DNA of 64,000 nucleotides, from positions 558,001 to 622,000 of the forward strand of contig NW_003314318.1 of assembly GCF_000143415.4 (NCBI RefSeq). The letters run 5' to 3'. Of the stretch, positions 61,975 to 64,000 are shown piece by piece; the stretch's first letter is position 1; every line of letters begins with the position of its first letter. Below the pieces are notes generated by a model. It did not search any database and had not been told where the DNA came from. It was given only the letters and a program-made list of their open reading frames with translations. The translations under genes and the position numbers were made by a program. This DNA is from Selaginella moellendorffii (taxonomy: Eukaryota; Plantae; Lycopodiophyta).

Positions 61975-62727
61975 TTGACAAGTTTGGCGAGCTCAGTGCA
62001 CAAGGAGGTATTCTTGGATGGGCTGATCGATTTAATTCTTGATAAGGCCATGCCACTCAAAGCATGGCATTTTCACAATCTCACGGGAACGAGGTGCCAT
62101 GGCAAGATGATTAAGAGGATTCTTGACGAAGGGTTTCTAGCTGTGGCTCTAGATTTGCTGAACGAGAAGTGTGATCAAGAGACCTTCACAAGTGTGATCC
62201 TGGAATGCATAGCTGATAAACCTGGATGGTGGACGGAGAAACTAGCGCAGAAAATGGACACGATGAAGAGTCTAGGATACAAGCGTGAGATGGTCCTGTT
62301 TGAGGATTATTTGCTCCTCTATTCAGAACCAGGGCATATCTTCCTTGAAATGGTGAACGAACATCCTAATCTTGCTGCAAAACCAGAGGTTTACCAAAAG
62401 GTTTTTGACAGTTCGCCATCCGCTCACTCGGTCTTCAAGGAGGCAAGAGCTAAAGGCGTGGAGCTGGACTCAAAAAGTTTGAGCAATCTGCATTTGAGAG
62501 CATCTGATGATATGAGTTTGGTACTGGACATGGTTGAGGAACCAGCAACAGCTTATAAGTTGGCGTTGAACAGTGCTCAAAACTTACATGACGTTGTCTC
62601 CATTGTTAGAAAAGCTTGTGAGAAGGGAGTGGTGCTTGATCCAACTGAAAAGAAACTCAAACTTCGTCTTAAGCAGAGAGCGGAAGAGTGGGAAGACTTA
62701 AATTGGAGGAACGACGCTGTGGGATGA
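61975..62727 (+). CDS. Helical-repeat protein, degenerate PPR-like; 5' end unresolved (possible pseudogene)
   Basis: 250-codon open frame with PPR-like segment ends (TMKSLGYK, EARAKGVELD, ACEKGVVLD) and TFTSVI; no clean ATG at the ORF start. Confidence 0.5.
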   Translation: MTSLASSVHKEVFLDGLIDLILDKAMPLKAWHFHNLTGTRCHGKMIKRILDEGFLAVALDLLNEKCDQETFTSVILECIADKPGWWTEKLAQKMDTMKSLGYKREMVLFEDYLLLYSEPGHIFLEMVNEHPNLAAKPEVYQKVFDSSPSAHSVFKEARAKGVELDSKSLSNLHLRASDDMSLVLDMVEEPATAYKLALNSAQNLHDVVSIVRKACEKGVVLDPTEKKLKLRLKQRAEEWEDLNWRNDAVG

Positions 62728-62818
62728 TCCTAAGAATGGAATCCTTCTTTTCCCTAAAGTGCTTAAGCCCAAGAACCAAGAGACAATTCAAAACATAAAA
62801 ATCAATCTAAAACAAATC

Positions 62819-63992
62819 CTAAGCGCATCCAGAGAAAGTACATCGCTTCCACATGGGGCAGCAAACGGCTTTCCAGGAAAAGCAACACGGAATGCCTGTG
62901 AAGCCGCAGTGAATTCTCTTGTAGCACGGAACTGGGGGTGATGGCGGTGGAGATGGTCGCGGTCGTGGCGGCGGGGGCGGAGATGGTGGTGGTGGAGATG
63001 GCGGAGACGGTACCTTCGCTTTGACAGGAAAGTAGACGAAGCCATTTACTCCACATCGACCCAGTGGAAGGCCATGGTTTCCACGCTGCAGCCTCATGTA
63101 GCCTTTCTCTCCCCAGCTTGTCCCCGCCGAGTTTTTGATGATCCAATAGTCTTGGCCGTTTTCGGATCCATAGCCGACGATGAGCACTGCTAGATACGGA
63201 GTTGCCTGGTCGTCTTTGCACGGGCCCTTGTAAATCCCCTGCATTTTTAGAACTTTGGGCTTGAGCGAGTTTTCCTTCAAAAAAGAATGATTTTTCTCAT
63301 ACCCCTTTGTAGCGAAGGAACTCCGGCGCATTGCCATCGATTAGAGCTGTCACTGGCTGCTTGGCAACCTGCTTGACGATCTCAGTGTCGTCGCTGGAGC
63401 TGTAGAAATTGTCGTAATTGTCAATGCCTACGGAGTTGCGGTTCTGGAAGAGCACAACTTTTAGTAAAAAACAATGGAAACACAAGAGCACGCACGCACT
63501 TACGTGTTTTCGGCAGGTGCCATTGAATCCTGTGAAGCGGTAATCCGATGCGGTGGAGAGGCCATTCCCTGTGTCGACGAGGTATTCAAATGCGTTCTGG
63601 GGAAACCCGCTGTGGCAGCCATCGGTGCCGTAGCTCCGGGAGCAATCCAGCAGCTGCTGCGCCGACAGCTCCACCAACACTCCAGTCGCAATCTTGTTGA
63701 TTCCCTCGATGGCTTCTGCCGCCGCAAAAGCCCAGCTACCATCTGTATCGTGATATACCACTAAAGTGCGAAAAAAGGATTAAAGATTTATACTCTGGCA
63801 TCCTTTGCGATCTTTCACAGGTGTGACGGCCCCCAAACGTCTCCAGTCCATGGACTTGGGGGGACCAGAGCCAACGTCGCCAAACATTCTGATGCCTGCA
63901 TTACCATTCGGATTAGTATCACTTGCGGCATTTGGATCTGCAGCAAGCAGTAATAGGAGGATGGAAATCGAGACCAAGGGATGCAGAGACAT
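62819..63992 (-). CDS. Papain-like (C1A) fold secreted protein, predicted catalytically inactive, with Pro-rich linker and short Cys-rich tail; 4 exons
   Basis: Signal peptide, [75 protein letters not shown]. Confidence 0.9.
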
Positions 63993-64000
63993 TCTTAGGG

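Noticed and set aside
63191-63745. Silicatein-like enzyme (Cys->Ser papain) in a possibly silica-accumulating plant
   Set aside because: Silicateins keep the catalytic His; here His is replaced by Leu.

Overview
Eukaryotic nuclear DNA from a compact land-plant genome. The very short 50-70 nt introns, tiny intergenic spacers and N-gaps suggest a lycophyte such as Selaginella (inference). Two gene-dense blocks flank a ~20 kb repeat island. Left block: ABCB transporter (runs off the window), mitochondrial ATP synthase 24 kDa (FAd) subunit, ANTH/AP180 clathrin adaptor, TIC40, GH2 endo-beta-mannosidase, PP2C, SIS/PHI-like isomerase, GDSL lipase and a Crinkler/RHS-like NTPase-nuclease gene. Repeat island: an LTR element (33243-47520, TSD GCATT) containing a younger nested LTR element (35068-42534, TSD ACTTG), followed by a tandem array derived from an inverted LTR. 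Right block: PMP22, RPL38, XRCC2, PTH2, CA1Pase-like phosphatase, V-ATPase F, an orphan 88-aa ORF, GH5 mannanase, a degenerate PPR-like ORF and a papain-like protein. The most notable observations are: (1) an intact three-exon Crinkler-type gene whose 3' end runs directly into a deletion-riddled inverted copy of the RPL38 gene found ~25 kb away; (2) a secreted papain-fold protein lacking the prodomain and the catalytic Cys, His and oxyanion Gln; (3) isolated Pol III B-box-like motifs recurring in tiny housekeeping promoters; (4) five consecutive hairpins, two with tRNA T-loop-like loops, inside the nested retroelement. Gene boundaries were spliced by eye and family assignments come from motif recognition; no database search was run.
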